Virus record (IMG/VR): IMGVR_UViG_3300044646_001937
Location: 140,455-204,454 of that record
Length of the DNA: 64,000 nucleotides
Direction: 5' to 3' (one strand)
The stretch's first letter is position 1; every line of letters starts with the position of its first letter. Below are positions 38,901 to 48,876 of the stretch, piece by piece. The translations under genes were made by a program, and so were the position numbers. Under the pieces are notes generated by a model that searched no databases, was not told the origin of the DNA, and was given only the letters and a program-made list of their open reading frames with translations.

Positions 38901-41900
38901 TCAATCTACAGGCAGGCTTGAAATTGTTATTACAAGTATCACAACTTCACCAGTTTCTGGTGCACTTGATAATTTGAGTAGTTGGGAAATAACGCACGCG
39001 TTAAGGAAAAAAACATATATAGATAAATTTATTAGTATCCTATACGGTTACACTAATAATTATTTTAGCTCAGCGAGCAACACAAAAAGACCCACAATTT
39101 ATGTTGGCAATCTTGCCGAAGCTCAGGCATACAGTATATGGTTACGTACCAGTAATACACTTTATGGTAAAGGTCCCATAATTAAGCTAAGCGGAACCAC
39201 AACAGCCTTACCCAGTAGCCCGCCCACAGTTGATGTAAAGCTGACAATAGCAGGATTTGATATAGATATTAGTCCAGGATTTGCGGAAAAAGCATGGATA
39301 CAAGCGCCACAGGCAGCTATTCAAGGTTATGAATATGCAATAATAAGCGGAAACGTATGGTATGACGTTGATGTAACTCCAACATGGAACACATTAAACA
39401 ATGGTGTAATTACGGGGTTGACTCAAAATGCCGAATACATGCTCAGTTTTAGATCTGTTTCGGCTAATGGAGCGGGTCCAGCTACAGTGCCTAAAGTGTA
39501 TAAAACAGCCTCTTTGCCTCTTAAAATAACCAGTCTGACAGGATTCATGCCTTTGATCGGTATTACCGAAATAGTTCTTCCTTCAGAAATAGTTTTATCG
39601 GCAATCCCCTACACTATTGAATATGAATTGGAGCAAGGGTATTACGATAAATTAGGTAGATATATAGATGACCCTACTTTAGCTGGTAAAACCGGCATTT
39701 TAGCAGATAACTCGCTATTGAATCTGTACACAGATTTAACTGCAACAGCAATATTCAATGAAACGCAAATTAACAGTATCCGCACGTATTTTGTAAAACT
39801 TAGATGTGTTAATGAGGTGGGACAAGGACCTTGGTCCGATACATTCATATTATCAGTACTTTCACCAGAAATTAGACCTGTTAAAGTAAAGTGGTCTCCG
39901 GGTCCTTCATGCATACTTATTGATGAGATAGGTTTGATGGATACTGAGCTAAAGTTGAACTTAACTAGAGGTACAAGACCCGCAGAAATAAAGACACTTA
40001 ATTCTGCGGTAAGATGGCAATACGCAAAAGTAGTAACCGTCGCCCCCAGAATACTTACAGACAACCGCATATATTACACAGGTAACGAGCAAAAATATAC
40101 TGATGCAGGGCAAGAAGAGCCCGTCATTCATTTAAAAAATGCCCTAGCGGCAGTTGAGTGGCAGAATATCGTATCAAACACAATACCCATGGAAGACGAG
40201 CAAAGCGTTATACTACTCTTCAGAGCAGCTAACGCAGCCGGAGGTATCGAGATGACTGATGTGTTAGGCTATGACGGCGCTTATAGTAGATTTACTTACA
40301 ATCCCATAGAACCGTACGGATTTGCGTCAAAGTATTTTCAAGACGGTCCAGAGTTTGATACCTACCATAGAACTAAAAGCATTTATCAGTACGACACTGA
40401 TCGCCCCAACCGTTGCTATGGAGCTTTATTTAAAAAAACCAGCTTCTCAGCAAACTGCCCATTACCACGACTTGCCTATAACAAGTATGGTAGATATATC
40501 AAATATCAAGAAGAGTTATTTTCACCTTTCTTTAACCTTGAAGAAAGGACAATTAAGACGCAACCATTTTTGGATTTTGAATTATCTTACGTTAAAAACT
40601 ATGAGCAACTCGGAGGAATTAACGATACAGTATACACCTCTCCCATGCTTACCTGTACAGAATTACCTTGCGAGCTAGGTGTAAGCTCATCTGTGCAGGT
40701 TAGTGCAGCAACTGAAGACATTTTGGCCCCCAATGATTTTGTTATTATCACCGACTCATTAACTGGAGGGGTTGCTCACCGTTACGCATTAGCTTACGTT
40801 AAAAGCGTTGATGAAATTGACGAATCCAACAAAACTAAAAGCGGATATAAAATTTTCTGGCTCAATGAAGAGACGACTGCAGCAGCATTAGGTAGTGGGT
40901 TTATGTCACCATGGCCTGAAGGCTTACCCACATCAGTGTATAACGTTGTGGATAGCTCTTCATTCCGCCTACACACATTAAGTGAACTTCAGCCAAAATT
41001 TGCAAAAGATCCATGGACCATAACTTCAGGGTATCTCCCTGTATCTAACACACCAGGGATAATTGCCGCATTTAAAACTACATCTAATTTATTTTCAGGA
41101 GCATTACCTTTTCGTGATGCTGACGGTAAAGACTTTTGGAGCGTAACATTAAACATGAGTATGACCAATTATTTTGAAAATACTTATGTAGGTATAAAAG
41201 TTTACAAATATAATAATAACCCAAACCAATATGCAACAAACACTTTAACTTTACTTGGAGAATCTAGGTTTTTCAGATCAGAAGAACCTGATATTAATGT
41301 TTTCGCGCAATACAACGCAGTGTTTTTTATACCTGAAGAAGGTATTATTTTTGACATATATGACGAGATCTATCTTGAAATATTTGCATGCATTAAGCCA
41401 AACACACTTACACATCCCCCCGGTACATTAAGCACGCAACATACAGTTACAATTAAATTTGATAGCAGTTCTTATTTAAGTACAACGATACCTAAAGATT
41501 TTAAATACAGAGATCAAATGGTAACGTTCGACGTTTTAAGGATTGGTCGACTAATACCGTCTAATAGAGCATTTTATACACCTTCAGCAGGTGCCCGCTC
41601 ATACATAAATAAGTACGCTGCGAGTGTAGGTTTTCTTATACAAGGAAACGTTAACTGGGCGTCTCTTCGACAAAGTCTTGAGCAGATGCTGCCTGTATAT
41701 AGACCATATGATTTATTTCCAGCACAGTCACCCATAGCAATCGAGCAAGGCCTTGTCGGCGATTCTTGGTCTCAAGGAAATTCCTATGAGCTAGTGACTC
41801 TTGTACCTAGTAGGTATTACACTGACCCTTTAACTCCATCGATAGTTAATGGTTCAGTTTTTAAGGTAAATGGAAATACTCCGGCAGAGTACTCGTTATT

Positions 41901-44900
41901 CTCTGACGGGAAATTAACTAGTGTCCCTGCATTAAAAATAATTACACCAATATCTACAGCTATAAGTGACAAGTATAGTGTATCGGAATGGTTGCACGGC
42001 TATCTAGAAAACAACACATTCAAAGGAGCATCTACGCGTACTGAAAAAGTTTATCGCGCTACGTACGTAGACCAATTTAATAATGTTACGGAAGAAGGCT
42101 ATGATGGTATCCCTACATATAAATACGCTAAAGACGATGTAGTTATACATTATATTGATGTTTACGATACGCAAAATCAGCATTCAAGAGAATCAGTACT
42201 TTATAAGTCTAAAGTAGACAACAACGACAATCCTATATATGACACAGACTATTGGGAGCCTATAACATTACCAGGAGTCAGTAAAGTGGACGGTCAACAT
42301 CCTATACTGCCTGTCCCAGTGATTACCTACTCAATACAACCACCTGACCCACCTATAGTCGTAGACATTATTGAAGAGCATAACCGCATAGGTTTTGTAA
42401 TTAAGCCCCCATATTTTAAAAAATATAAAAATAATTCAACCCAAATAGATGACTTTTTGAGTGCGAATTATTATGACGGAGGAATGGCAAAAGACAGTCC
42501 ACTGGTATTTAGAGCCAATAAATCAATAGGTCTCACAAATCACAAATCACCAGAAGCTCAAGGAATAAGCCTTGAATCAATGCTGCCCACCCTGCGCTTT
42601 AAGTACCCCGCAGCAGGTATAAGCACTGTACAATTTAATAGAAATAATTCAAGTACTTTATTTGCATTTGATAAATACATTGTAGCTGGAGATAACTTAT
42701 ATATAAATGCACCTGGCCAACTTCCAGCTTTATCTAAAGGCTATACTATAAAAAGTATTAGTACGTTGCAGAACGGTTTGTGTGTAATTGAATATTATGA
42801 TGATTTTGCCACGGCGGATAAAAGCTCTTTTGAATTTAACTTTATATTTGGTGGAGGTCATAGCGTATATGTGACTCACAATCCTATAAATGACCACGTA
42901 TTGGTGCCAGACACTACAAAATCAAGATATGAGACAAACACATATTGGTTAAATAACTGTCTTGAAGACGAAGAGTACCTCATAACTATAAGACTAGATA
43001 ATGGCTGGAAACCTAAATTGCAAAAAATAGAAAACACCTACACTAAGGTATATAGAGTTAGAACAAAGAAAATAACGCCACCAGCGCCAGCAATTGATAG
43101 TATTCAATATGACGGTAGTGTATTTAAATTAAATTTTACTTACGGCAGCAGTCCTGTACCCTTGTATTACAATTGGCAAGAGTTGTCCGCTAACGATTAT
43201 ACAGAACTGTCGACCACTGTAAGACAATTACCATTCTACTACGGTATTTCGTTTGCAACCGTAAACGAAACAGTTCTCGCAGGAGGGGAGGCAACCATCA
43301 CAAGGACTAGGTACCGCACAGGATCCTTGGCCCCCATATACAAAGATTATGCAACAAATTACTGGCAGCAGTTGCTGGATATGCGTCAGGACATTACATT
43401 TTCTGCATATAGATGGCCTACAGACGCAGAATTACAGGATATTGAAAGTCAATATAGTCCTGCCGTCTGGCCTACAGGTAAAGAAAGTTATTTGAATGAT
43501 CGAGCTGATAAATGGTTTAGTAGATACAAAATACCTATAGATGCCTACGCGAATAAATCTACGCCAGGCAGCGTGACTGATGTAAAATACTACACCCCAA
43601 ATGCGTCATATCCTTATGATGAACAAGGGGTAATGGCGTTATCTACACAAACAGACATTTACTCAAGCAATCCTATGCTCTTGTCTCCTGTAGGTATTAA
43701 AAACGATCCTAGAGGGCGAGCGTATTTAACAGCATACCGAAGATACTGGGATGATGAGAATTATAAAATTCCCTCTGACGCAATTAGCTCGCTATCTAGT
43801 AATACTGATACATTTGGAGAAAGACCCACACATATACCCATATATTCTCCAACAGGTAAGACATTGCGTGACGATAATAAAGTTTGCGGTTTATTGTACA
43901 CTTCTGACGAGTATTTTAACAAACATCCCTATTATCAAGATTATGCCGATTCAATATACCTCTCAATATATAGGGCACCGTTTAGACGAAAAGCTGCCAA
44001 CAATGCCGTAAATAACATACATGCAGATATAGATTCATCTGGGTATAGCTACAGTCATATTAACTTTCCTGTACGCGCAACACTCGGAAGCTCAAAATAT
44101 ACTAACAATCAACAGATTACTTTAAACTCAAATGGTTTTTATAGTGTACCCTCGATTTCCTCGATCCCCAACTCAGATACTACATACTACAGCTCTTCCT
44201 ATGTAGACACATATTTTGGTATACCTGCTGCGATTAATTATTTTTTAACTACAAACATTGAAGATTACATTCCGTTATATAGAGAAACAGCCGTGGTTAG
44301 ATCAAATTTAAGTGAGGACCTACTGGAGTCTCAACGTGTACTAGCTGTAGTTAAATATGATAACTCTCCTTACACAGAAATTATATCCACAGCTTTTCCT
44401 GGGCTAGCCTTCAATAGACGTAAAGATTACGAAGCTTCAGAAATAGATGTACCCATCACAGATAATTTAAATTTATTTTCAGAAATAGCTGCAAACTACT
44501 ACACGGATTGGTTTGCAAATGACCTCTATGTACCACCCAAGAAAAAATATTCAAACTTTGAAACCTTTTCTGCTATAGAGCAAGAGGAGTTTCACGCTGT
44601 GTCAGATTTTGCGGTACTTAAATCTTATAATAGAAATATTCCCACATATGCAGTTTATGTCTGCCAGTCCCAGAATATTTGCTGTGTGATGTCTTCAGGC
44701 AATTTAAACGGTATAAGTAAGAACGAAAACGACAATCCGTCAGATACCTTTTCGTCGCTGCTGCCTTTTGAGCATAGACCTTATATCAGTAATCAGACAC
44801 CCTTTGTTGAGTGGGGATTTAGGCGTAACTACTTTCAAACTCTTGACTATGGCTATAGTAAAAGCTTTCTTGACTACGACAGGTACGTTTGGCCCGTTCT

Positions 44901-46788
44901 ATCTGAAGGAAATATCAAAGATCCCAATAGGACAGGAGCTGCTCCAACATACCCAGCGTCACACATGTCACCCATCGAATTGTCAGGGGCATACGACGCA
45001 TCATGGTCCGCCAGAAACACCATACAGCTAAACAAGAATATTTCAGGAGATATGGTTGGGGAAAACATTAAAAATTTAAAAATGTCTCAACCTACCCATG
45101 TAGCAATTGACGGGCAAGGTAACATATATATTTCTGATACTGGAAATAAAAAGATTAAATTACTCACCAGATCAGAAACAATTAAAGACCCCAACCTGCA
45201 CGAGAGTGATATTAAAAATTTAATTAATTATACTTCGGCAAGAACGATAAGTACTTTAGATGAGTTTCCTGGACAGCTTGAAGTTAGTGACGACGGAAAC
45301 ACCATCACCTTCCTAGCTGGCGGAAAACTATACCGCAGAATCAAGGGTGTAAATTATTTAATTACAGGTGAAAATTTAAATACCACCAATAAAACACCTG
45401 CAAAAAATTATCAATGGCCTGTGTACAGTGCCGCATGGGGTAGGTCTCTACCGGAAGACTACGGTAAAGAATTTATATCTAGCTTTATTCAGACAACTAA
45501 TGGAAGTACAATATTCTTCAGTAACGGTAGAGGCAAGGTTGTAAAAATTAATTGCATGACTAATTTAGACAAAATTGCTTATGTAGAATACTCTTTTGAC
45601 AACATAACATTTACGAAATATTCCGAAACCACAGGCATCCCAGTACCTAATGTGCAGTTAGGTACAGCTATACCTATGTATTTTAGGACTGTGTCTACGG
45701 ATAATGTACGAAGCACTACAGTACAATTAACTACAGATCCGTATTTAAAGGCAAACGAAAGTGTAGCCGTATCCTCAGTGACAGCGGCCCTGCAATTTAA
45801 AGCAACCGATTATTTTACGCATAAAGACGGGACTACACAACGCAGGGCAAGATATCTAGTTACACCACCATCAATAGTTACATCACTTTCCGAAGGGGAA
45901 AATTTTCCTAAAAATATAATAACGCTCGTGCAATCAACTAGAGTTACATCTGTAAATAATAGCGCATTTGTTATCGCCGAAGCTAAACAAAGATTAAACT
46001 ATGTACAAAAAATAATGCGGCTAAAATCTACTACAGCAGCAGATCTAGTTAAACTTAAAAAAGAAGAAGAGTTGGCTCTTAAATTAATTGCAAGCCCTTC
46101 ACTGGATGTAAGAACCTCCGATGCATGGAGATTCAGAAATGTTTCTTCTGCCCCTATATCTGGAATTTCTAAATATGATTTCCTCGAAATGGATGTAACG
46201 ATTAAATTTACGGCAAGCAGGAATACCGGTATCACCTCAATAAACCCAACGCCAATACCCTACACCGATTACATCGTAATCATCAAAAATATTACAAAGA
46301 ATAGGGTTTTTGAAATAACAGGCGACGCAACTAAATATAAATATATTAAATCAAAAGAAATAGATCCTGCGTCCGGGGTTATAACATACGTTGTCAGATT
46401 CTACAACGACACCTACGTTACCGAGAGTAATCCAAGATTTAAACATTGGAGAACACGCCCGATATTCACAGATTCAGAGCCTCCAGCGTACGAGTACCAT
46501 AGAGTGCCTAGACAATTAAAAAAATTCGGCAATTACACCAGTCCAATAAATCTAGGCCAATCTTACATTAGACCGGCAGACGCAGCGCTTGATAGAGGTT
46601 GGTATTCTAATGAGTATGTGGAGTTTTCAGGTCCTGATTTTTCTAAAGGAGACACTTTAGAAATATATATTGTTCCGGACAAAACAAAATACTCTAAGCG
46701 AGCAAGTTACACACCATATACTATAACTATGAGTGACGCAACTAACCTGCAGCTTACTGGAGCTAAAGGACAATCAGTGGTTTACTAG
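35938..46788 (+). CDS. Giant (3616 aa) beta-rich virion protein with scattered FN3-like and NHL-like elements
   Basis: Uninterrupted 10.85-kb ORF, Y/T/S/P/N-rich. FN3-like signatures (FRSVSANGAG, LRCVNEVGQG, PPDPP, PPAPAI) and an NHL-like PTHVAIDGQGNIYISDTGN. Confidence 0.8.
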   Translation: MEKTSLIEYKLKSYLGGVLAKLKYVNSPLTPLTKVEYSFDGVTWTELSSQAFSNTIIAQDPVTPYIYTIERIFVPLAEYRDYLISFRLTNTVATGAQSIPGIGRRGGPPEALVVKPTLTRLPYMNRYTNVAFSVFSTLSSTVVGKMIVTFEYDPMLDGGSGSTPITDVLISLDSRQTWLQPDTLEVFKTTKQSNVVETYVAGDTNRTFSGIGTFVRVSYTLPQGGDFTYLQDSPIYYKTINFAGESPAIKIVTKLPLVIVTSPNNPDYPILNKIESSDWYFGSNQEVRRDLQVYLELPESTGFGEPYQLQSTQLLDLAELTPVSVTPPEGQQALKNIDLTVTTVGDTFRRGERLKIYSQANPSKIWFIAQVTSNSRVNPVLSLDILEKYAVTPYSISVNSFANGADEFHKNTPLWNIHNHPINYPLLDLYVGDQLRDDDVFVSGRTLSFFRKDISFNDIYFYATIISKDINIGKLTIKITSKSDCLQNNCHNNQSFLTSWEITPIMTSADTFPTEANDWVIEPLYPVLEARYNLAEASNPNSIIEKGTAGLTIIKDDNNIPTLGYFTIRGISDIETYALNMTYGPAGAEFLSRLSPTSTIQCSLLSIAQKVTFLPIRTYTEAVYTNEFVSWWYLSKLTPLVSQTEIKFKLPLAPNDNSTIAVAYRKIVRTEIENIEGITTPSSLYEGRVVGELNFVALQSTPTTDALREITFPIDEATHLNNEGRRVEISYEISFLKIIRNLTSNNEELLTELNKLKDKIPGDIVKTTISIPGAQPIDFVLGRELLNPTAIGLTLVYNDQLPGYEYLDFKDTQAQDITLKQTDFYRSTIEYSTNQGGSWRHVLKPGIPAYDEKFSQVNTTYYQNIGADIITFTEENYNVYPAGTLLSGETIQDYTYVVEALDAFSVRISKPQKASAFSPAVKSSVLAKYTGTSTTYTRFQKGTAIMYVDKYLDYTTDLPVKIANTTLTGAANIIAQRPYMLGNVKNYNQSTGRLEIVITSITTSPVSGALDNLSSWEITHALRKKTYIDKFISILYGYTNNYFSSASNTKRPTIYVGNLAEAQAYSIWLRTSNTLYGKGPIIKLSGTTTALPSSPPTVDVKLTIAGFDIDISPGFAEKAWIQAPQAAIQGYEYAIISGNVWYDVDVTPTWNTLNNGVITGLTQNAEYMLSFRSVSANGAGPATVPKVYKTASLPLKITSLTGFMPLIGITEIVLPSEIVLSAIPYTIEYELEQGYYDKLGRYIDDPTLAGKTGILADNSLLNLYTDLTATAIFNETQINSIRTYFVKLRCVNEVGQGPWSDTFILSVLSPEIRPVKVKWSPGPSCILIDEIGLMDTELKLNLTRGTRPAEIKTLNSAVRWQYAKVVTVAPRILTDNRIYYTGNEQKYTDAGQEEPVIHLKNALAAVEWQNIVSNTIPMEDEQSVILLFRAANAAGGIEMTDVLGYDGAYSRFTYNPIEPYGFASKYFQDGPEFDTYHRTKSIYQYDTDRPNRCYGALFKKTSFSANCPLPRLAYNKYGRYIKYQEELFSPFFNLEERTIKTQPFLDFELSYVKNYEQLGGINDTVYTSPMLTCTELPCELGVSSSVQVSAATEDILAPNDFVIITDSLTGGVAHRYALAYVKSVDEIDESNKTKSGYKIFWLNEETTAAALGSGFMSPWPEGLPTSVYNVVDSSSFRLHTLSELQPKFAKDPWTITSGYLPVSNTPGIIAAFKTTSNLFSGALPFRDADGKDFWSVTLNMSMTNYFENTYVGIKVYKYNNNPNQYATNTLTLLGESRFFRSEEPDINVFAQYNAVFFIPEEGIIFDIYDEIYLEIFACIKPNTLTHPPGTLSTQHTVTIKFDSSSYLSTTIPKDFKYRDQMVTFDVLRIGRLIPSNRAFYTPSAGARSYINKYAASVGFLIQGNVNWASLRQSLEQMLPVYRPYDLFPAQSPIAIEQGLVGDSWSQGNSYELVTLVPSRYYTDPLTPSIVNGSVFKVNGNTPAEYSLFSDGKLTSVPALKIITPISTAISDKYSVSEWLHGYLENNTFKGASTRTEKVYRATYVDQFNNVTEEGYDGIPTYKYAKDDVVIHYIDVYDTQNQHSRESVLYKSKVDNNDNPIYDTDYWEPITLPGVSKVDGQHPILPVPVITYSIQPPDPPIVVDIIEEHNRIGFVIKPPYFKKYKNNSTQIDDFLSANYYDGGMAKDSPLVFRANKSIGLTNHKSPEAQGISLESMLPTLRFKYPAAGISTVQFNRNNSSTLFAFDKYIVAGDNLYINAPGQLPALSKGYTIKSISTLQNGLCVIEYYDDFATADKSSFEFNFIFGGGHSVYVTHNPINDHVLVPDTTKSRYETNTYWLNNCLEDEEYLITIRLDNGWKPKLQKIENTYTKVYRVRTKKITPPAPAIDSIQYDGSVFKLNFTYGSSPVPLYYNWQELSANDYTELSTTVRQLPFYYGISFATVNETVLAGGEATITRTRYRTGSLAPIYKDYATNYWQQLLDMRQDITFSAYRWPTDAELQDIESQYSPAVWPTGKESYLNDRADKWFSRYKIPIDAYANKSTPGSVTDVKYYTPNASYPYDEQGVMALSTQTDIYSSNPMLLSPVGIKNDPRGRAYLTAYRRYWDDENYKIPSDAISSLSSNTDTFGERPTHIPIYSPTGKTLRDDNKVCGLLYTSDEYFNKHPYYQDYADSIYLSIYRAPFRRKAANNAVNNIHADIDSSGYSYSHINFPVRATLGSSKYTNNQQITLNSNGFYSVPSISSIPNSDTTYYSSSYVDTYFGIPAAINYFLTTNIEDYIPLYRETAVVRSNLSEDLLESQRVLAVVKYDNSPYTEIISTAFPGLAFNRRKDYEASEIDVPITDNLNLFSEIAANYYTDWFANDLYVPPKKKYSNFETFSAIEQEEFHAVSDFAVLKSYNRNIPTYAVYVCQSQNICCVMSSGNLNGISKNENDNPSDTFSSLLPFEHRPYISNQTPFVEWGFRRNYFQTLDYGYSKSFLDYDRYVWPVLSEGNIKDPNRTGAAPTYPASHMSPIELSGAYDASWSARNTIQLNKNISGDMVGENIKNLKMSQPTHVAIDGQGNIYISDTGNKKIKLLTRSETIKDPNLHESDIKNLINYTSARTISTLDEFPGQLEVSDDGNTITFLAGGKLYRRIKGVNYLITGENLNTTNKTPAKNYQWPVYSAAWGRSLPEDYGKEFISSFIQTTNGSTIFFSNGRGKVVKINCMTNLDKIAYVEYSFDNITFTKYSETTGIPVPNVQLGTAIPMYFRTVSTDNVRSTTVQLTTDPYLKANESVAVSSVTAALQFKATDYFTHKDGTTQRRARYLVTPPSIVTSLSEGENFPKNIITLVQSTRVTSVNNSAFVIAEAKQRLNYVQKIMRLKSTTAADLVKLKKEEELALKLIASPSLDVRTSDAWRFRNVSSAPISGISKYDFLEMDVTIKFTASRNTGITSINPTPIPYTDYIVIIKNITKNRVFEITGDATKYKYIKSKEIDPASGVITYVVRFYNDTYVTESNPRFKHWRTRPIFTDSEPPAYEYHRVPRQLKKFGNYTSPINLGQSYIRPADAALDRGWYSNEYVEFSGPDFSKGDTLEIYIVPDKTKYSKRASYTPYTITMSDATNLQLTGAKGQSVVY

Positions 46789-46838
46789 TATTATTTATTC
46801 ATGTTTTAATTTAGAGTATTGCTGATATAATTTAATCT

Positions 46839-48152
46839 ATGTCGATAGTCGCCTTAACTCACAACAATAAAAACCAGTACAGGAAGTATCCATTCAAACA
46901 AGGAGCTTCACTTAAAACTGTACAAGGGCGCACATTATCGGATGCAGTAATTGTCAACATATCTCTCACAAGCACTTACGGAAGACACAGGGTTTATGTA
47001 AAACAAGTTTTTTACAAAGACAGCACCATGACTGTAACAATAGCTTCAGTCTTTGATGATACTGTGTTAGGGGCATTTTACGGGGACGTTACAGAAGATT
47101 TTACAACATTATCGCTAATACCCTTTGTAAGGTTTGTCAGCGGGAATATCACACTAGGATCATTAAACGCACTAGATTCAATTACTGCGATATTGAATTT
47201 TACAGCAGCCAATAGTGAATTGGAAGAATCTACGATATTTTGCTATAAGGTACCAGGAGTAACCAGTATAAATGACTCAAAGAAAAACCAGGTTAGAGGT
47301 AATGTTAATTTCGGTAATTTGACAAATCTAGATAAAGCAACTTCAACTGGTAGCGTGCTGTTTACTGTGGTAAACACCACAAGTATTCAAAACACTTCAG
47401 ATAGGTCTTCTTATTTTGGAAACTGTGCCACGCCAATAATAAAAACAATTAACGGCGTCTACCCTATGAGCGCTGTAGAAAACACCCCTACAGACAACGA
47501 TGGCAATCTGTATCTTGTAGGAGTGAAGCCTGTAGTTTTTTATGGTACTCCAGGGCAGGACGACACGATGACTCCAGGTAACCTGAAAATTGATGCTGAA
47601 AATATGACAATCAGTACACTGTGTACTGAAAAGTATAAAGCAATCCCACCAGTGAACGTGTCTGGTTTTACAACAGCAGAAAGTAAAAATCTTTATTTCA
47701 ATAAACCGGATTTGTTAAAAAACTCTCAAGCCGCCATATATCCTTACACAATACCTGCAAGAGTATCCTCTAATGTGTTCGATGTTAAATTACCAGAATA
47801 CTACTATTGGCCTCAATATGTAAAACCAGAGTACTATAACGAATGGCAATTATTGGTACCTTCTACACCAACAATCACATCAGTTGTACCAACCAGCTAC
47901 GGTGCTGCAGTATATTTCACTCCTCCTAAAAATCCTAGCGTCTCAGGCATTACATTCTACAGCTATAGCATAGACAATGGCACAGATTGGAGGACGCTTA
48001 CAAATGTAACAAACCCATTCAATATATCTAATCTATTGCAGCCGGAGACAGACTATTATTTAATACTTAAAGCCCATAACTCTCTGCTATCTGCGGGCGG
48101 AGGAGAACCATCAGCACCGTTTAAATTTACGACACTACCATACTCAAATTAG
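46839..48152 (+). CDS. Paralogue family member 3 with C-terminal FN3 domain
   Basis: NNKNQYRKYPF and TINGVYP motifs; C-terminal PSTPTITSV...YSYSIDNGTDW...YYLILKAHN. Confidence 0.75.
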   Translation: MSIVALTHNNKNQYRKYPFKQGASLKTVQGRTLSDAVIVNISLTSTYGRHRVYVKQVFYKDSTMTVTIASVFDDTVLGAFYGDVTEDFTTLSLIPFVRFVSGNITLGSLNALDSITAILNFTAANSELEESTIFCYKVPGVTSINDSKKNQVRGNVNFGNLTNLDKATSTGSVLFTVVNTTSIQNTSDRSSYFGNCATPIIKTINGVYPMSAVENTPTDNDGNLYLVGVKPVVFYGTPGQDDTMTPGNLKIDAENMTISTLCTEKYKAIPPVNVSGFTTAESKNLYFNKPDLLKNSQAAIYPYTIPARVSSNVFDVKLPEYYYWPQYVKPEYYNEWQLLVPSTPTITSVVPTSYGAAVYFTPPKNPSVSGITFYSYSIDNGTDWRTLTNVTNPFNISNLLQPETDYYLILKAHNSLLSAGGGEPSAPFKFTTLPYSN

Positions 48153-48159
48153 ATTATTT

Positions 48160-48873
48160 ATGGCTAAATATAATATATTAAATTGGCAAAATGAAAACAG
48201 TCTATCTAATTTTCCGTTAGTTTCTTATATAGAATTTCGCGACTTTTTGGTAGATGCAAGTTTTGTACAATTCGATAATTTTATACCAATTTTAAATACT
48301 ATTGCTGTGGACGAAACTAACGTCACGCTCACCATAACTTTTGATTATGGCGTGAATAGCGGTATAGTACTATCAAAGCAAACATTTCTTCAAAATCCAA
48401 ACAGTGCATATATACGGTTGTATACCCCCACAAATGACAGATATCTTGGAGTAATTTCATTTGGCCCAGGTACATTAGATTTATTCAAAACTCACATAGG
48501 GCGCATATTAACATTAGATATGCAGTTCTCCCCAGACGCTGTGAGAAGCATCCCGCTGCAGGATGCGGTATATACATTTGACGGAATTTACGGCGATCTG
48601 GTACTTGGTAGAGGCGCTACGGACGACTCGATATTCTACAATATATCAACAGCAAAAAATACTATTGTTTTTAATGCTGTGAAATATCATGAAATAACAC
48701 CCTCTAATCAAAAACAAGGTTTGCGTAAAATTAACCTCGTACCTCCATTGGAGAATAATATCAATCTGTCTTCTAACGAGGTGATTAGGGTGACACCTGA
48801 CAGCTCAAATTCTTTACGAATATCGCTAGTGTCAGGATCACCAAGTAACGCATTTCAGATTTCTAAAGTATAA
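48160..48873 (+). CDS. Paralogue family member 4
   Basis: LNWQNENSLSNFP and KINLVPP motifs; 237 aa. Confidence 0.7.
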   Translation: MAKYNILNWQNENSLSNFPLVSYIEFRDFLVDASFVQFDNFIPILNTIAVDETNVTLTITFDYGVNSGIVLSKQTFLQNPNSAYIRLYTPTNDRYLGVISFGPGTLDLFKTHIGRILTLDMQFSPDAVRSIPLQDAVYTFDGIYGDLVLGRGATDDSIFYNISTAKNTIVFNAVKYHEITPSNQKQGLRKINLVPPLENNINLSSNEVIRVTPDSSNSLRISLVSGSPSNAFQISKV

Positions 48874-48876
48874 TTT

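Noticed and set aside
23810-48152. Diversity-generating retroelement or invertible cassette acting on the fibre genes
   Set aside because: No reverse transcriptase or invertase is in the window, and I saw no near-identical TR/VR pair or long inverted repeats by eye. A nucleotide self-alignment would be needed to exclude this fully.
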